IMG/VR virus record: IMGVR_UViG_3300045988_130745
Length of the DNA: 64,000 nucleotides
From: a virus
Strand: one strand, 5' to 3'
The notes under the pieces were generated by a model. It was not told the DNA's origin and searched no databases. It was given only the letters and a program-made list of their open reading frames with translations. The position numbers were made by a program, and so were the translations under genes. This document shows, piece after piece, positions 28,881 to 40,566 of this stretch. Each line of letters opens with the position of its first letter. The first letter of the stretch is position 1.

Positions 28881-29683
28881 TGGCCTTACAATTAATGGGC
28901 GCAGCGCCTACGGCAAAAGAAATCGGAAGTTACTTGGACTTCCACGTGGACGCGAATAAAGGTGCGAAAGATTATGATGTAAGACTTCAAGCTAAAGATA
29001 GTGAACTTGATGTTATTGGTTCAAAAGGCGATTCAAGTACTATCCTCAAAGTTGGTAGCAATTTTATGGCTTGGACAGATTCCGAAGGTGGTAATATTCG
29101 TATCTATTCTCCATCTCAAGCCTATTTTTATGAGATGGATGCATATAATCATAGTTTAAGGATTGGTGGTAGAAAAGTAAGCAATGGTGCTTTTAAAAGT
29201 ATTACACTTCTTGACACTGATGGCTATTCAACTTTCAATCGCGCCTATAATGCTGTCTATAATGATTATGCTGAATTTTTCCCTCGTGGAGAAGACACAG
29301 AGCCTGGTGACATCATCGCTCTTGATGATTCTGTTGACCAAGAGCAATACGTTAAAGCCACTATTGATTCTTGTCGAGTCGTTGGAATTCATTCTAACGA
29401 ATATGCTTTTTTAATTGGTGGTGAAAATCCACCGGAAGGACAAGATTTTTACTCTTACAATATTTCTAAATATATCCCAGTTGGTTTAGCAGGACGTTGT
29501 AGAGTTAAAGTTCTCGGTCCCATTCGCAAAGGTTAGGATATAATTCCTACTTCTATCCCTGGTGTTGGACGTGCGTTTAATAAAGAAAAAGATAATCCGT
29601 CACTTCTTTATTTGTCTGTTGGTTTTGCTGTTGAAAACTCAACAGACGAGTCAATCAAATTAGTCCGCGTGAAATTAAAGTAA
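28880..29683 (+). CDS. tail-fibre-associated protein
   Basis: Track ORF 28880-29536 is extended through one TAG to the TAA at 29681-29683. YNDYAEFFPRGED..GDIIAL resembles fibre C-terminal chaperone or peptidase-like domains. Confidence 0.5.
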
Positions 29684-29694
29684 GGTGAAAATCA

Positions 29695-30633
29695 ATGGCT
29701 ATTCAAATGAAACGCCAAGGTGGAGGGGTATCGAATAATGCAACTGCGATTATTCCTACTGCTCTTGCTTATGGCGAAATTGGCATTGATAGTGCGGGTA
29801 ATATTTATTGCGGCAATGGTAAAACTCAAGTTACCTCACAAGTTAAAAATGCCGCTAATGTTCTTTTTTTATATAAAGGGACCTATAAGAAAAACGGGTG
29901 GATTGAGAATAGCGTAAATAGTACTTGGTCTTAGACAGTTACAATTACCGCTCAAGATGGTGGTCCTGCAATTAAAGCAGATTTTACATTGTCTGCGCCC
30001 ATGGCTGCGTAGACGGACAACCGTGAAACTAATGAGCAACGTCAAGATGCTCTTAGCGTAATTGCTGCAGGCAAATGTACTCCAAATGATAGCGGTCAAA
30101 TCACTTGTTTGGTTTTTGAAAAACCATCAATAGACCTTGATGTTTATTGGTATGCGCGATTGTCTGGCGGTTACGATTCAATGGTAGATGCACAAGGGGT
30201 CGGTTCTATTGTTGATTCTGCTGTAAATAAAGCAATAGATGATTTAAAATCAAATATTTCTTCTATTGTTGATAATGCAATTAATAGTAGTAATGTATAT
30301 ACTAAAATCAATGGTGTTTGTGCAGTTTATCGCGCGAAGTATTTAGCTTCAGGTTGGATGGCAGTATCTTCCGATGGTTATAATTACTATCAAGAGGTAA
30401 CTACTTCTAAGGTATCTGATGGTAGCGCCAATTTGAATGCGTCAAGTATATTCTTGACTCCTGGCTTCTTCTTACCGAGTGGCACAGCATCAACTGATGC
30501 AGCTTATGCACAAGCAATGGGTATTATCAATGATGGTTATTCAACAAGTGGTACAAATAGAATTATGACCTATACTACAGCTAAACCAATTAGCGATATA
30601 TGGGTTTATTGGGTGGTTAGAGAAGCGGTATGA
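29695..30633 (+). CDS. tail-module protein
   Basis: Track ORFs 29695-29934 and 30109-30633 are in frame and join through two TAG codons. Confidence 0.55.
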
Positions 30634-31202
30634 TTTATGATGAATTAACTGGTGAAGTAATTGAGAATCCAGACCTTACAAAAGGCAAAGTTTATACTGA
30701 AGAAAAAGTTATTGGACGCAAAGAAGCTCAACGGGTTCTTCTTGAAGGTAGTATAACTGACTTTGACCCAGAGGGCTGTTGGATGGAGATACCAGCCGAA
30801 GATATAACTGAGACTGTTGAAAAGTATCACAAATATACCATCGACGAATTGATTGCATAGCAGCAAGCCGCGATTAAGCCAAATGATACTTCAATTTCTC
30901 AAGAAAAAAAACTTGAGCTGTTGCTTAATGCTATACCCACTGCCGCTTATCCAACCGAATCACCTAAGGTAGGCTATAAATGGTCTCCAATGTATAATAA
31001 TGAAGCGGGATTTGGTTGGGAAATGGTAGCTGATCCAGACGCTTTTGGCACTCAAGAAAGACCTTTATATTGGAAAGAAGGTATGGAGGTTAAAGCTGGA
31101 TACTATTATACAGATAAAAGTGAACGGCTGATGCTTGCTGTTGAGAATGGAGTGCCTGATTATTTTGGTTAGTACACTTTTATGGAAGAAATGACTAGTT
31201 AA
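30630..31202 (+). CDS. tail-module protein
   Basis: Track ORFs 30630-30860 and 30921-31172 are in frame and join through TAG. TAA at 31200-31202. Confidence 0.5.
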
Positions 31203-31215
31203 GAGGTATAAGTTT

Positions 31216-31335
31216 ATGGGTACTTTATCTAGGGGGGGGGCTACAATGCCCTTACCTCGTTGTGTACATTTGGAAACGAACGGCTTAATCATTAGTTTGA
31301 CTTTTCTTTCTATTGATGGTATAATAAAATAGTAA
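31216..31335 (+). CDS. short ORF with a G9 tract after a conserved MG-x-L-S-R start
   Basis: MGTLSRGGG... shares its start with the two poly-C genes downstream. May be a remnant or a leader. Confidence 0.3.
31232..31240 (+). repeat. homopolymer G9
   Basis: Read directly from the sequence. Confidence 0.9.
31297..31325 (+). promoter_or_regulatory. family-like promoter
   Basis: TTGACT 31297-31302, 17-nt spacer, TGGTATAAT. Confidence 0.6.
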
Positions 31336-31357
31336 TTAAATATTGAGGGAGATAGTT

Positions 31358-31757
31358 ATGGGTAATATTCCAAGAACTACCCCCCCCCCCCGATACATCA
31401 TTAAGTCTATCGGGAGTGGCGGCAGATTCTAAAATAGTTGGCGATTAGATTTCAAATTTAACATCATCTTTAGATACTAAATTTTTTTCATCTGAAATTC
31501 CTGCTAATTCGACTTTAACCTAGTCGTTTGACAAATTACGTTATGGACATGGGCAATGCGGTTCTGTTTATCTGTCTGCATCAAATGGCGTGCCGGCTTC
31601 ATGGTATTGGTATATTTACATACCTCATCGAGATGGTGGCAATGTTAGTGGCAGCGATAATATGCAATATGGTGTTTTAATCTTAATTGATTTTTGGTCA
31701 AATGCTTTTTATATCGCACGTTATACAAATGGCACAATTAATGTCCGTTCAATTTAA
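31358..31757 (+). CDS. tail-module protein interrupted by a C12 tract (out of frame as sequenced)
   Basis: ATG 31358 gives MGNIPRTT then the poly-C tract. The long downstream frame (DTSLSLSGVAADSKIVGD... to the TAA at 31755-31757) is in another phase. C11 or C14 would fuse the two. Confidence 0.5.
31380..31391 (+). repeat. homopolymer C12
   Basis: Read directly from the sequence. Confidence 0.9.
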
Positions 31758-31776
31758 ATATTAAGGAGAAATTTTT

Positions 31777-32327
31777 ATGGGGAGTATTCCTAGAGCTAAT
31801 ACCCCCCCCCCGTAATAGATAAAACTCTATCGGTGGAGGGTGCAGTAGCAGAAAGTAAAGCGGTTGGTGACAAATTTAATTCAACAATTTTATCTTCGCC
31901 GTTATATAAATCAAAATTTGTTACCGGCTTAGGAATTTACAATTACAATTTTGGCCAACTTGCGACTAATGTAATTACAAAATATCAAGATGGTTCTTTT
32001 CTTGTTGAAATTACATTTGTAGGACATTAGCATAGCATTAGCTCAAATTCAGCTTTTGATTGGCTAAGCGGCAATGGCTTAACAGAAGACGCAAAAAGTC
32101 TAACTGGTAAAAGCAATTATAAACCAACAGCTAATTGTTTCCCCCTATTGGGCAAAGGAGTAATTCCTGCCGAAGAAGGATATAGTCCTTATGTTAGATT
32201 AACTGGAATTAATGGACATCTAAGAGTTGGACGTATTTATGAAGCAACTGCCAATCTAGGTGATTACCAGAACTCTGTATAGCACACTGGTAATTATAGT
32301 TTTAGAATTACTTTAATTCTTTATTAA
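31777..32327 (+). CDS. paralogous tail-module protein interrupted by a C10 tract (out of frame as sequenced)
   Basis: ATG 31777 gives MGSIPRAN then the poly-C tract. The downstream frame (VIDKTLSVEGAVAESKAVGD... to the TAA at 32325-32327) needs C8 or C11 to fuse. Confidence 0.5.
31802..31811 (+). repeat. homopolymer C10
   Basis: Read directly from the sequence. Confidence 0.9.
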
Positions 32328-32348
32328 TTATATAAAATTCTTAATGTT

Positions 32349-32380
32349 AGTGCTCTCCATATTGGAGGGCACTTTTATTT
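32349..32380 (+). terminator. intrinsic terminator
   Basis: Stem agtgctctcc/ggagggcact followed by a T-rich run. Confidence 0.65.
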
Positions 32381-32412
32381 TAGAACAAAATTTTTTATAG
32401 GAGGAAATCGCA

Positions 32413-34770
32413 ATGGATATACTCCTTTTCGGAACTCTCCGAAAATATATCGACGATACTCTTCAAGGCATGGGTGCGCTCAAAGGCGAAAAAGGCGATC
32501 GTGGAGAAAAAGGTGCCCAAGGTCCAAAAGGCGATAAAGGCGACAAGGGAGACAAAGGCGCACAAGGACTTCGCGGTATTCAAGGCTTAACTGGTGCCAC
32601 TGGCGCGAAAGGCGAACGTGGCGCTCAAGGTATCCAAGGTTTAACCGGCCCCCAAGGTATCCCTGGCGTGCAAGGCATCCAAGGTCCAAAAGGCGAGAAA
32701 GGTGACAAAGGTGAAACCGGTCCCGTTGGTAAACGCGGTGTCCCTGGAGTTAATTACAACATTAAATACTTCTTGTCTACTCTTAATGAATTAAATGCCA
32801 TCACTCCTGTTACCGGTTATGACGAAGCTATTTTCGCTTATGTTGCTGAGAATAAATCAATCTATTATTCTTATGAAAGTTCTCCTTGGGCTTTCTTTGC
32901 AGATGCGTCTAATCTTTAGTTTGCGCGCGGAGAGCAAGGTGAGCAAGGTCCTCAAGGTGAGAAAGGTGATAAAGGTGACCAAGGCATTCAAGGCATCCAA
33001 GGACCGCAAGGTATCCAAGGGCCTCAAGGTCTTCAGGGCATCCAAGGAGGTAAAGGAGATAAAGGCGACAAAGGCGACAAAGGCGACCCTCTCACTTGGA
33101 ATGAAGTTCCAGCAGCTGCGCGCAAAGAACTTAAAGGTGAGAAAGGCGACAAAGGCGACACTGGTGATTCTGGTGTTTATTATGGTCCAACTGAGCCAGA
33201 AATTGACCAAGAAAAACTCGTTTGGATTGATTCATCAGTAGAAGAATCGGCTACCACAATTGATATTGCCAACATTCCTGGACTTCAAAAAGAACTTGAT
33301 TCTAAAGTTCAACTCCCAGCCAAAATTGAAAATGATACTCAATTATTTCCCGTTGTAACTTCAAAAGGTACGTCATGGGTCACTCTTGAAGAAACTGTCA
33401 ACGGAATTGTTAGTGAATGTGTAAATATCATCGTGCGTGGCACAGACAATGCGACTCTTAAAGGCACTGAAATTTATCTTCACGATGTAACAACTGACAC
33501 TATATCTACTTTTGAATGGAATGGAACCAGTTTGACTATTTATGTTTTAAATGGACACAAATATTTTATCAGTGGCGCTGAAGTTGAAGGATATGAGCCT
33601 GCCGCGGATAGTTTACAATATATTGCGCGAGCTGCATAGACTCGTACAATCACTTTATCTTATCCGCGCTCAGAAGAAGCAGAATATGGCATCCGATTTT
33701 TAATTGAATCATCAGATCCATCATGTGAGCGTGTAGTAGTCAAAAATAATATTACAACTTATGGCGAAGATACGGGTTTGGTGGCTGCTATTGGTACCAA
33801 ACTCACTATGCCTAAAAACAGTTTTGACGACATCTATCCTTGGTCAGATATTCGCATTGTAACTGATTCTGATAATGCTGCCGAGGCTGCGCAAACGATG
33901 GTTAAAATTCCAAAATATTATGTCAAGGTCACTGTTGATGATACCTATGAAACTTGGATGATTAGTCGTTATAAAAAAGCAGGATACCGTGTCGCAAAAA
34001 TGTTTGCTCGTCCTGATGGAACCGAAGCAGACTATTATGAATATGCCCGTTACGAGACCAGTGACACTAATCGTTCTCAAACTGGCGTCACTCCTCAAAG
34101 TTCAACCACTATTGAAGCATTTAGAACTGCCGCTCTTGGATTAGGTGATAATTGGCATCCAGCTGGACTTGCAGATCGAACTGATGGACTTCAGATGCTA
34201 ATGACTATTGAATTTGCTACTCGCAACATTCAGTCAATAGCAGAAGGTTTGGTTAATTCTAAAACCGTTTCTGATTGCGGTTTGACCGATGGTTTAACTA
34301 TTACCGAAGATTCAAAGGGCATTAAGCCTTATTCTGGTATTGTTAAAAATGCTTTTTCTTATCGTGGAATTGAAAACCCTTACGGTAATTTACTTGAATA
34401 TGCTGATGGTATTATTTTAAACAATTCTCGTGTGTACTATTGCGACGATTGGACTCGTTGGAGTAATTCAATCAATTCAAGTTACGTTCAAGCCGTTGGT
34501 ACTATTCCAACTTTAAGCGGATTTATTACTAAATTGAATTATAATGAAGCTAATCCTTGGATGCGTTTGCCTAGCGAAGTAGTCACTACTGGCGATAGCG
34601 ATAGTAATTATGGCGACTATTATAATGCTCCAACCGCAGATTATACCTTGCCAGTTTATGGCGGTGGTTATTCTACCAATTTGCGTGCGGGCTTATTCCA
34701 CTGGAATTGTACTCGTACTTTTAATGAAACAAATAGAGACATTGGTTCTCGTTTGGCTCGTAGTTTTTAA
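32413..34770 (+). CDS. collagen-like (GXY repeat) tail fibre protein
   Basis: Track ORFs 32413-32919, 33433-33639 and 33778-34770 are in frame (786 codons) and join through TAG. Two GXY blocks ([19 protein letters not shown]...). Confidence 0.75.
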
Positions 34771-34782
34771 GAGGTGATTGAA

Positions 34783-35106
34783 ATGAGAATATCAAAAGCA
34801 ACAAGCGAAATTCGCCCTCAAGATATTATTGAGCAATTATCAGCTAATCGTTTTTCTTGTCGCATTTGCGCGGACATTATTGAAACTGATAATGGTTTTG
34901 ATTTCACTAGCTATCGTGATTCATTTAGCGCATCTTCTTATCCAGAATTACTTGTGAATATTATTCACACTCGTTATACCTATGACGATGAAAACAATTT
35001 TATCAATGATTATATCGCAGAAGGCATGACTAAAAAATATCAAGACTACCGCGATTTTGTTGCTTGGGCTAAATCCCAAGCAAAATCTTATTTTAAGGAG
35101 GACTAA
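34783..35106 (+). CDS. hypothetical protein (possible fibre accessory)
   Basis: ATG at 34783 with an AAGAGG SD. Confidence 0.5.
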   Translation: MRISKATSEIRPQDIIEQLSANRFSCRICADIIETDNGFDFTSYRDSFSASSYPELLVNIIHTRYTYDDENNFINDYIAEGMTKKYQDYRDFVAWAKSQAKSYFKED

Positions 35107-35109
35107 CCT

Positions 35110-35769
35110 ATGCCTATAATGCAGCTATATGATAAAAATACAAGCACTTGGCAAGAAGTTCCTGCCTTAAAAGGTAGTGCCGCGAAAGTAGAAGTTGGCA
35201 CAGTAAAAACAGTGCCAGCCGCGGGACAAGCAAAAGTAACTAATGTTGGTACAAATACTAATGCAATTTTTGATTTTTAGCTTCCTCGTGGTATGGATGG
35301 TATTACTCCTATTCGCGGTACTGATTACTGGACGGCTGCAGACCAATAGCAAATCGTTAAGGATGTTTCTGATAAAATGAATTATCAGTTTACAGATTTA
35401 ATGAATGCTATTCAAAATAAACCAGTCACTTACATTTTTGATGATAAGGCTTCTCTTGATGGCGCGCTCAATCTAACTAATAACACAGTTACCTATAATG
35501 AAAAAGTATGTAAGCTAAATCCTGGTGATGTATTTCTTTTGGTTTCAATTAACGAACCAGATTATTGGTTTGGCGAGGATTCCAATGGTGAGAAACTCCA
35601 TGAACTTGATGCACGAAAAATGGAATTAACTGAATATGTTAAATCAAGTCAATTTCAAGTGATGAATATTGATGCTTATAATGCTATTGCTACAAAAGAT
35701 CCAAATACATTTTATTTCATCATTGAAAAATCAGACCCGACTTCAAGCGATGGGGAGGCAACAATCTAA
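35110..35769 (+). CDS. tail-module protein
   Basis: 220 codons. The N-terminal part, with two TAG codons, is in frame with track ORF 35377-35769. Contains GMDGITPIRGTDYWTAAD. Confidence 0.55.
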
Positions 35770-36602
35770 TGCCTATCTTCATTAATAACAAGCGAGTTTA
35801 GCTCATTTACAAAGGCGAAACTCCTATTGAAGAAATCCACGCTCAAAACGCAACTATTTGGACTCCAAAAGCAGATTTCGCCACGGCTTCATGGGCTGAA
35901 ATTAAAAAGTGGATTGAAAAGGGCACTTGGAAAGAATAGAATTGGAGCGAAGGAGACGCTCATACTATTCATATGAAGGATGGCCATATTCTCACTGCTC
36001 GAATTCTTGCAATATATGATGGCCGTGAGGAAAAAGCAACTTACAAAGGTCAAATTGATAGAGATGAAAATAATGTAAAACCGCACATGGTTCTTGAACT
36101 AACTACTTGTTTACCAGATTTTTATTCTATCAATCTAGAGCCAGAAGTAGAAAATACTCCTCAATCTTGGGGCACTTCAAATCTTTACAAGCTAATGTCT
36201 CCTGGTGGCGAAATATATGACAATCTGCCAAATGAACTTCAATCAATGATTATCCCGGTAATGAAAAAATCTGGTATTAGTGGCAAGGTTCAAAATTCAA
36301 CTCCTGAAACCACTAAGTCCTATCTTTTCCCGCTCTCAATTCGAGAGTATGTCGCAAAAGACAATATTACAAGTGAAATTAATAACAGCGAGGGTTCTCA
36401 ATATCAATATTATATTGATCATCCTGGCTATGTTACTAAAAAAGAATATGCTGGCGATAAAAATATCGTCTATTACACTCGTTCCGCAATGCAAGCTGAA
36501 AATGAACTTTATGAATATTTTTGGGCTATTGGCGGTGCGAATAACTATGCAACTTATCCATCCTATATTAGTTTAGGGACAAGTTTTGCATTTTGTATTT
36601 AA
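35769..36602 (+). CDS. tail-module protein
   Basis: TAATG overlap start. In frame with track ORF 35973-36602 through two TAG codons. Confidence 0.55.
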
Positions 36603-36613
36603 GGAGGTCTATT

Positions 36614-36787
36614 ATGGGTTTTAGCACTTTTAAGCAAGGCGCAGATAGTTATTATGAGTTTGTTTGCGATTCTGTTGATGATATTGCTAGTCTTCCTACT
36701 GATTGCGCACCCGGCTCTGTTGCTTTTGTTATTGAAGGTTCAGTTTGCTATATGCTAAACAATCAAGAGACATGGAAGCCTATTTGA
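36614..36787 (+). CDS. hypothetical small protein
   Basis: AAGGAGG SD at 36601-36607 and ATG at 36614. Confidence 0.5.
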   Translation: MGFSTFKQGADSYYEFVCDSVDDIASLPTDCAPGSVAFVIEGSVCYMLNNQETWKPI

Positions 36788-36791
36788 TTTT

Positions 36792-37139
36792 ATGAAACTT
36801 TACGGAAGTATTGCGAATTATAACTCTATATCTGGCACAATTAATCCAGCGGGTGATATTTCCGGTGCGCTATCTAATCCGCTGGCGCGTGGTGCTTCAG
36901 CCTATGAAATTGCTGTTGCTAATGGCTATGTAGGAACTGAGGAGAAGTGGCTTGAATCACTCTAGGGGCGAACTCCTTAGCGTGGAGTTGATTATTGGAC
37001 GGCCGCAGATATAGAGCAAATGAAACAAGAGTTTAGAGAATAGATGGCTAATGAAATTCAATAGGCAGTCAAAAATTTAAACTTAGATGTTTCTTTTGAT
37101 ATTGAAGATGGACATTTATTTGTGGATATAAAGGGGTGA
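36792..37139 (+). CDS. tail-module protein (paralog of 23783-24370 N-terminus)
   Basis: [42 protein letters not shown]...[10 protein letters not shown]. Several in-frame TAG. TGA at 37137-37139. Confidence 0.5.
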
Positions 37140-37143
37140 GTTA

Positions 37144-37461
37144 ATGGACATAATTACACTTGCGTTGACTCGTAAGGCAGTTAGAGATGCTCACGTTGAC
37201 CATATAGGACCACAAGGACCGGTTGGACCGAAAGGTGAGAAAGGCGATAAAGGTGACCCATTTACTTGGAACGATCTCACTGCGGAGCAAAAGAAAGAAT
37301 TAACTGGTCCAAAAGGTGATAAAGGCGATACAGGTGGAGTTGGCTATGTCTCTTTTGAGAGTGGCAACGATGGACACTTGTACGCCGTTATTGCCGAAGG
37401 GACTGATGAAATCAGTTTCAGAATTTCCGATGATGGTAAGCTGGAGGTAATCTACGCATGA
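37144..37461 (+). CDS. small collagen-like protein
   Basis: 105 aa with [17 protein letters not shown] and [10 protein letters not shown] blocks. Confidence 0.6.
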   Translation: MDIITLALTRKAVRDAHVDHIGPQGPVGPKGEKGDKGDPFTWNDLTAEQKKELTGPKGDKGDTGGVGYVSFESGNDGHLYAVIAEGTDEISFRISDDGKLEVIYA

Positions 37462-39881
37462 GTAAAAGAATAGATTTAGGCGCAGTAACCGCTTACGCCA
37501 TTGCAGTTAAAAATGGATTTGAAGGCACAGAAGTAGCCTGGCTTGCAAGTCTTAAAGGTGCAAAGGGCGACAGGGGTGAAAAAGGCGAGCAAGGCGCGCC
37601 AGGTATTTAGGGAGAAAGAGGAGCAACTGGTGAAACTGGCCCTATTGGCCCTCAAGGTATCCAAGGACCAAGAGGTGCTCAAGGTGAGAAAGGAGATACT
37701 GGCAATGTCGGCCCAGCTGGTCCTCAAGGACTAAAAGGCGAAACTGGTGCAGTTGGACCAGCTGGGCCGCAAGGTAAGCAAGGCATCCAAGGTGAAAAAG
37801 GTGAAACTGGTGCTGCAGGCGCCCGAGGTGAACAAGGTCCGCAAGGTATTCAAGGCATTCAAGGTCCAAAAGGCGAGAAAGGCGATCCTTTCAGTATAAA
37901 GAAAATTTATGTTTCTGTTGCTGCAATGAATGCTGATTTTGACGGTACTGATACTTCTACTGGTGATTTTGTTCTTATTAACACTGGCAATGTTGCAGAT
38001 GAAGATAATGCAAAGCTCTATGTAAAAGGCGAGAGTGCTTTTACTTTTGTCACTGATTTGTCCGGCGCGGCTGGTATACAAGGTCCGCAAGGTCCTCAAG
38101 GAGTGCAGGGTGTTCAAGGAGAACAAGGTATTCCGGGTGTAAAGGGTGACAAAGGTGATCCAGGCTCTGATGCAACTGTCACTACTGATAATATCACCTC
38201 TGCTCTTGGCTATACTCCCGCAGATTCAACCAAAGTTTACACTAAAACTGAAGTTGACGGAATGATTGATGGTGTTTATGCTCAAGCCGTTCGCAATGCG
38301 ACTTCTGTTGCTCAAGTCAACGGCTTGTTCCAAGAGTGGTGGAAGAAAAATTGGGTTGAAGATACCTCCACCCACACTCAAATGCTTGAGCGTTGGTTTG
38401 GAAATGTTCTTACCAGTAGCAAGGTTTATGGTACCAAGCTACCTTTGTTTGCTACTTCAAATAGTGCAAATGGCGAGTATATTGACGATTCTGTTGGCAT
38501 GACTTGCACTCCTTCAACTAACGCAGTTCTTGGTCAAGATGACTTCGCATTCAAGCCAGAGTTCTGGTGCATCGAAGCATCTGGTGAGCATAATTCTGAC
38601 GGTTCAATTACTATCTATGCTGTTGAATTAATTGATGACATTGCTACCGTTCGTTCTGGCGAGCATTTGACTTGGGTTCTTCAAAAGAATACTTATTGGC
38701 ATGAATATACCAGTGAAGGTTATCATTTCGTCGAACTCAAATCAACTCCTGATGAAACTTGGCATCGTTGGCCGCAAGGTACATCAAAAGATGGTACAGT
38801 TCATGAGTTTATTGCTAACCCGAAGTATTATGCCGGAATGAAAGATGGAACTATTACTGTTGGCACTAATCTTCCTGCAATTAATTTTACTTCTCATCAA
38901 TCTGGCGTTGCTCTATGGCGCAAGCGTGGCAGTCAATACTCTGGCGCGAGTGGCAACCTTATCAAGTTCCTTGATATTATGATGAAGTTAAAGTATGCTA
39001 AGAAAGGTAACTCTGGGACTATTGAAGGTTGTTCAAACTATAACTGGCAATATACTACTCCTGTTGGCGAGACAGGCGTAGAACGTATTATTGTTACTAC
39101 CGCGCAGGGTGCAAATATTAAAGTTGGCTCAACTGTTATTATTGGTAAGAAAGGCGGCTCTACCGATCGTGGCGATAGTGCTATGAGAAGCCTTGTTTCA
39201 ATGAAGAAAGTCAAAAGTTTGGAGCCAGTCACTATTGATGATACTTCTTATACAGCCGTTAATATTGATAATGGCGGAACAACTTTTGATACAGTTGCGA
39301 GTGAGACAATGATTTCTTCTATGCCTTATCACTCTGGATACAATGACAACGTATTAGGTTATGATGGCAGTGCAACTAATTACACCAATGGTTCTGAACC
39401 TGGTTTGCTCCAGAAGATTGAGTTCCAGAATGGTGCTTATCTGATTATTTCAGATGAATTGTGGCAATGGAGCAAAGATGATACAAACTATATGTTTGAT
39501 TGCTATACTTGCCATGATTAGTCAAAAGTTACTACTAATGGAACAATTTCTTCTGACTATACAAAGCAAGCTGATTTGACTTTGAAGTGGGCAGTTGAGG
39601 GTGCTAATACAAGTTGGCACTGGGAATATATTGAAGATACTGCAATCGCTAATGATCCAGCAGTTTGCTGGCCAGCTAAAGTATCCACGACAGCTGGTAG
39701 CGGAACTGGTTGTAAAGCTGGCTTCGGCGTCGCTTTGGCGTCGTCTGGTGTGCGTGCTGGTTGGTGTTTCTGCGGTTTGTGGGGTGGCGGTCTTTGTGGT
39801 GTTTCAGCTCGTAACTCGGACGTTTCTCCTTCGTATTCTGGCTGGTACGGGGCGCTCGGCGGTCCAGGTCTTGCGGGGTGA
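37458..39881 (+). CDS. collagen-like tail fibre protein carrying the DGR variable region at its C-terminus
   Basis: ATGA overlap start. 807 codons in one frame, joining track ORFs 37926-39521 and 39576-39881 through TAG. GXY blocks are present. The last roughly 55 codons are the VR. Confidence 0.8.
39719..39865 (+). repeat. DGR variable repeat (VR)
   Basis: 147 nt align without gaps to 40222-40368. All 19 mismatches I counted sit at adenines of the other copy. Confidence 0.85.
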
Positions 39882-39920
39882 ATCGAAGCCTAGGAGCACG
39901 AAGTGCGGATAGGCAAGAGA

Positions 39921-39936
39921 GGGGACGCAAGTCCCC
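39921..39936 (+). promoter_or_regulatory. GC hairpin downstream of VR (candidate DGR target-recognition hairpin)
   Basis: ggggac-GCAA-gtcccc, a 6-bp stem with a GNRA-type loop, about 55 nt after the VR end. Confidence 0.45.
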
Positions 39937-40221
39937 GTTATAATGGAAACGACCCATCCGTGCGATACGCCCGACTGTTGACTCGATCTCAATTGAATGC
40001 AGCAATAGCATGATTTAATTGAACCATTAACTTTCAAGTCTTGTTTCATACGAAACCGAGATAGATTCAATGACTTTACCGCCATTCAAGAATCTATATA
40101 ACCTAGAATAAAATTCCAAGGATACGATTCAAAGTTTAGGGAAGGATTTCTCTACTACAAAATCCTCCATTCAGTTCTTTCGGCGCTTAACGAAAGTAGG
40201 GACGTATTCCGTTGGCAGATT

Positions 40222-40368
40222 TGGCTTCAACGTCAATTTGGCGTCGTCTGGTGTGCGTGCTGGTTGGTGTTTCTACAATTTGTAGAATGGCGGTAATTGT
40301 GGTGTTTCAGCTCGTAACTCGAACAATTCTCCTTCGAATTCTAACTGGAACGGGGCGCTCGGCGGTCC
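40222..40368 (+). repeat. DGR template repeat (TR)
   Basis: Adenine-rich copy with many AAC/AAT triplets. Invariant GC-rich end GGGGCGCTCGGCGGTCC is shared with VR (IMH-like). Confidence 0.85.
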
Positions 40369-40566
40369 TAGCCGGTCTTGCTTGCGGAGCAGTTTTACAA
40401 CAATAATGCGGATTACGTTCCTAGACTTATTTAGTTGAAATTGCTCCTGCGTAGTCAAGACCGGCTTATTTTTTTATTCAGAAAAGAATAAGCTTAACCG
40501 CGTCTAGTAGCTTCGGCGAAAGTCGCACGGGGAGACCGGCCAAAGGACTAATAAGGAGGGCTACTT

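Noticed and set aside
32480-33241. Overlapping alternative-frame and antisense ORFs in the collagen-like regions, also at 37476-38126
   Set aside because: They are artefacts of the GGN-NNN-NNN periodic repeats. Only the GXY frame joins the flanking non-repeat domains.
39676-40085. Two minus-strand ORFs (111 and 93 aa) in the VR-TR spacer, considered as a possible Avd accessory gene
   Set aside because: They overlap VR itself in antisense and have no start context. Their products (Arg/Pro/Ser-rich) do not resemble the small helical Avd proteins.
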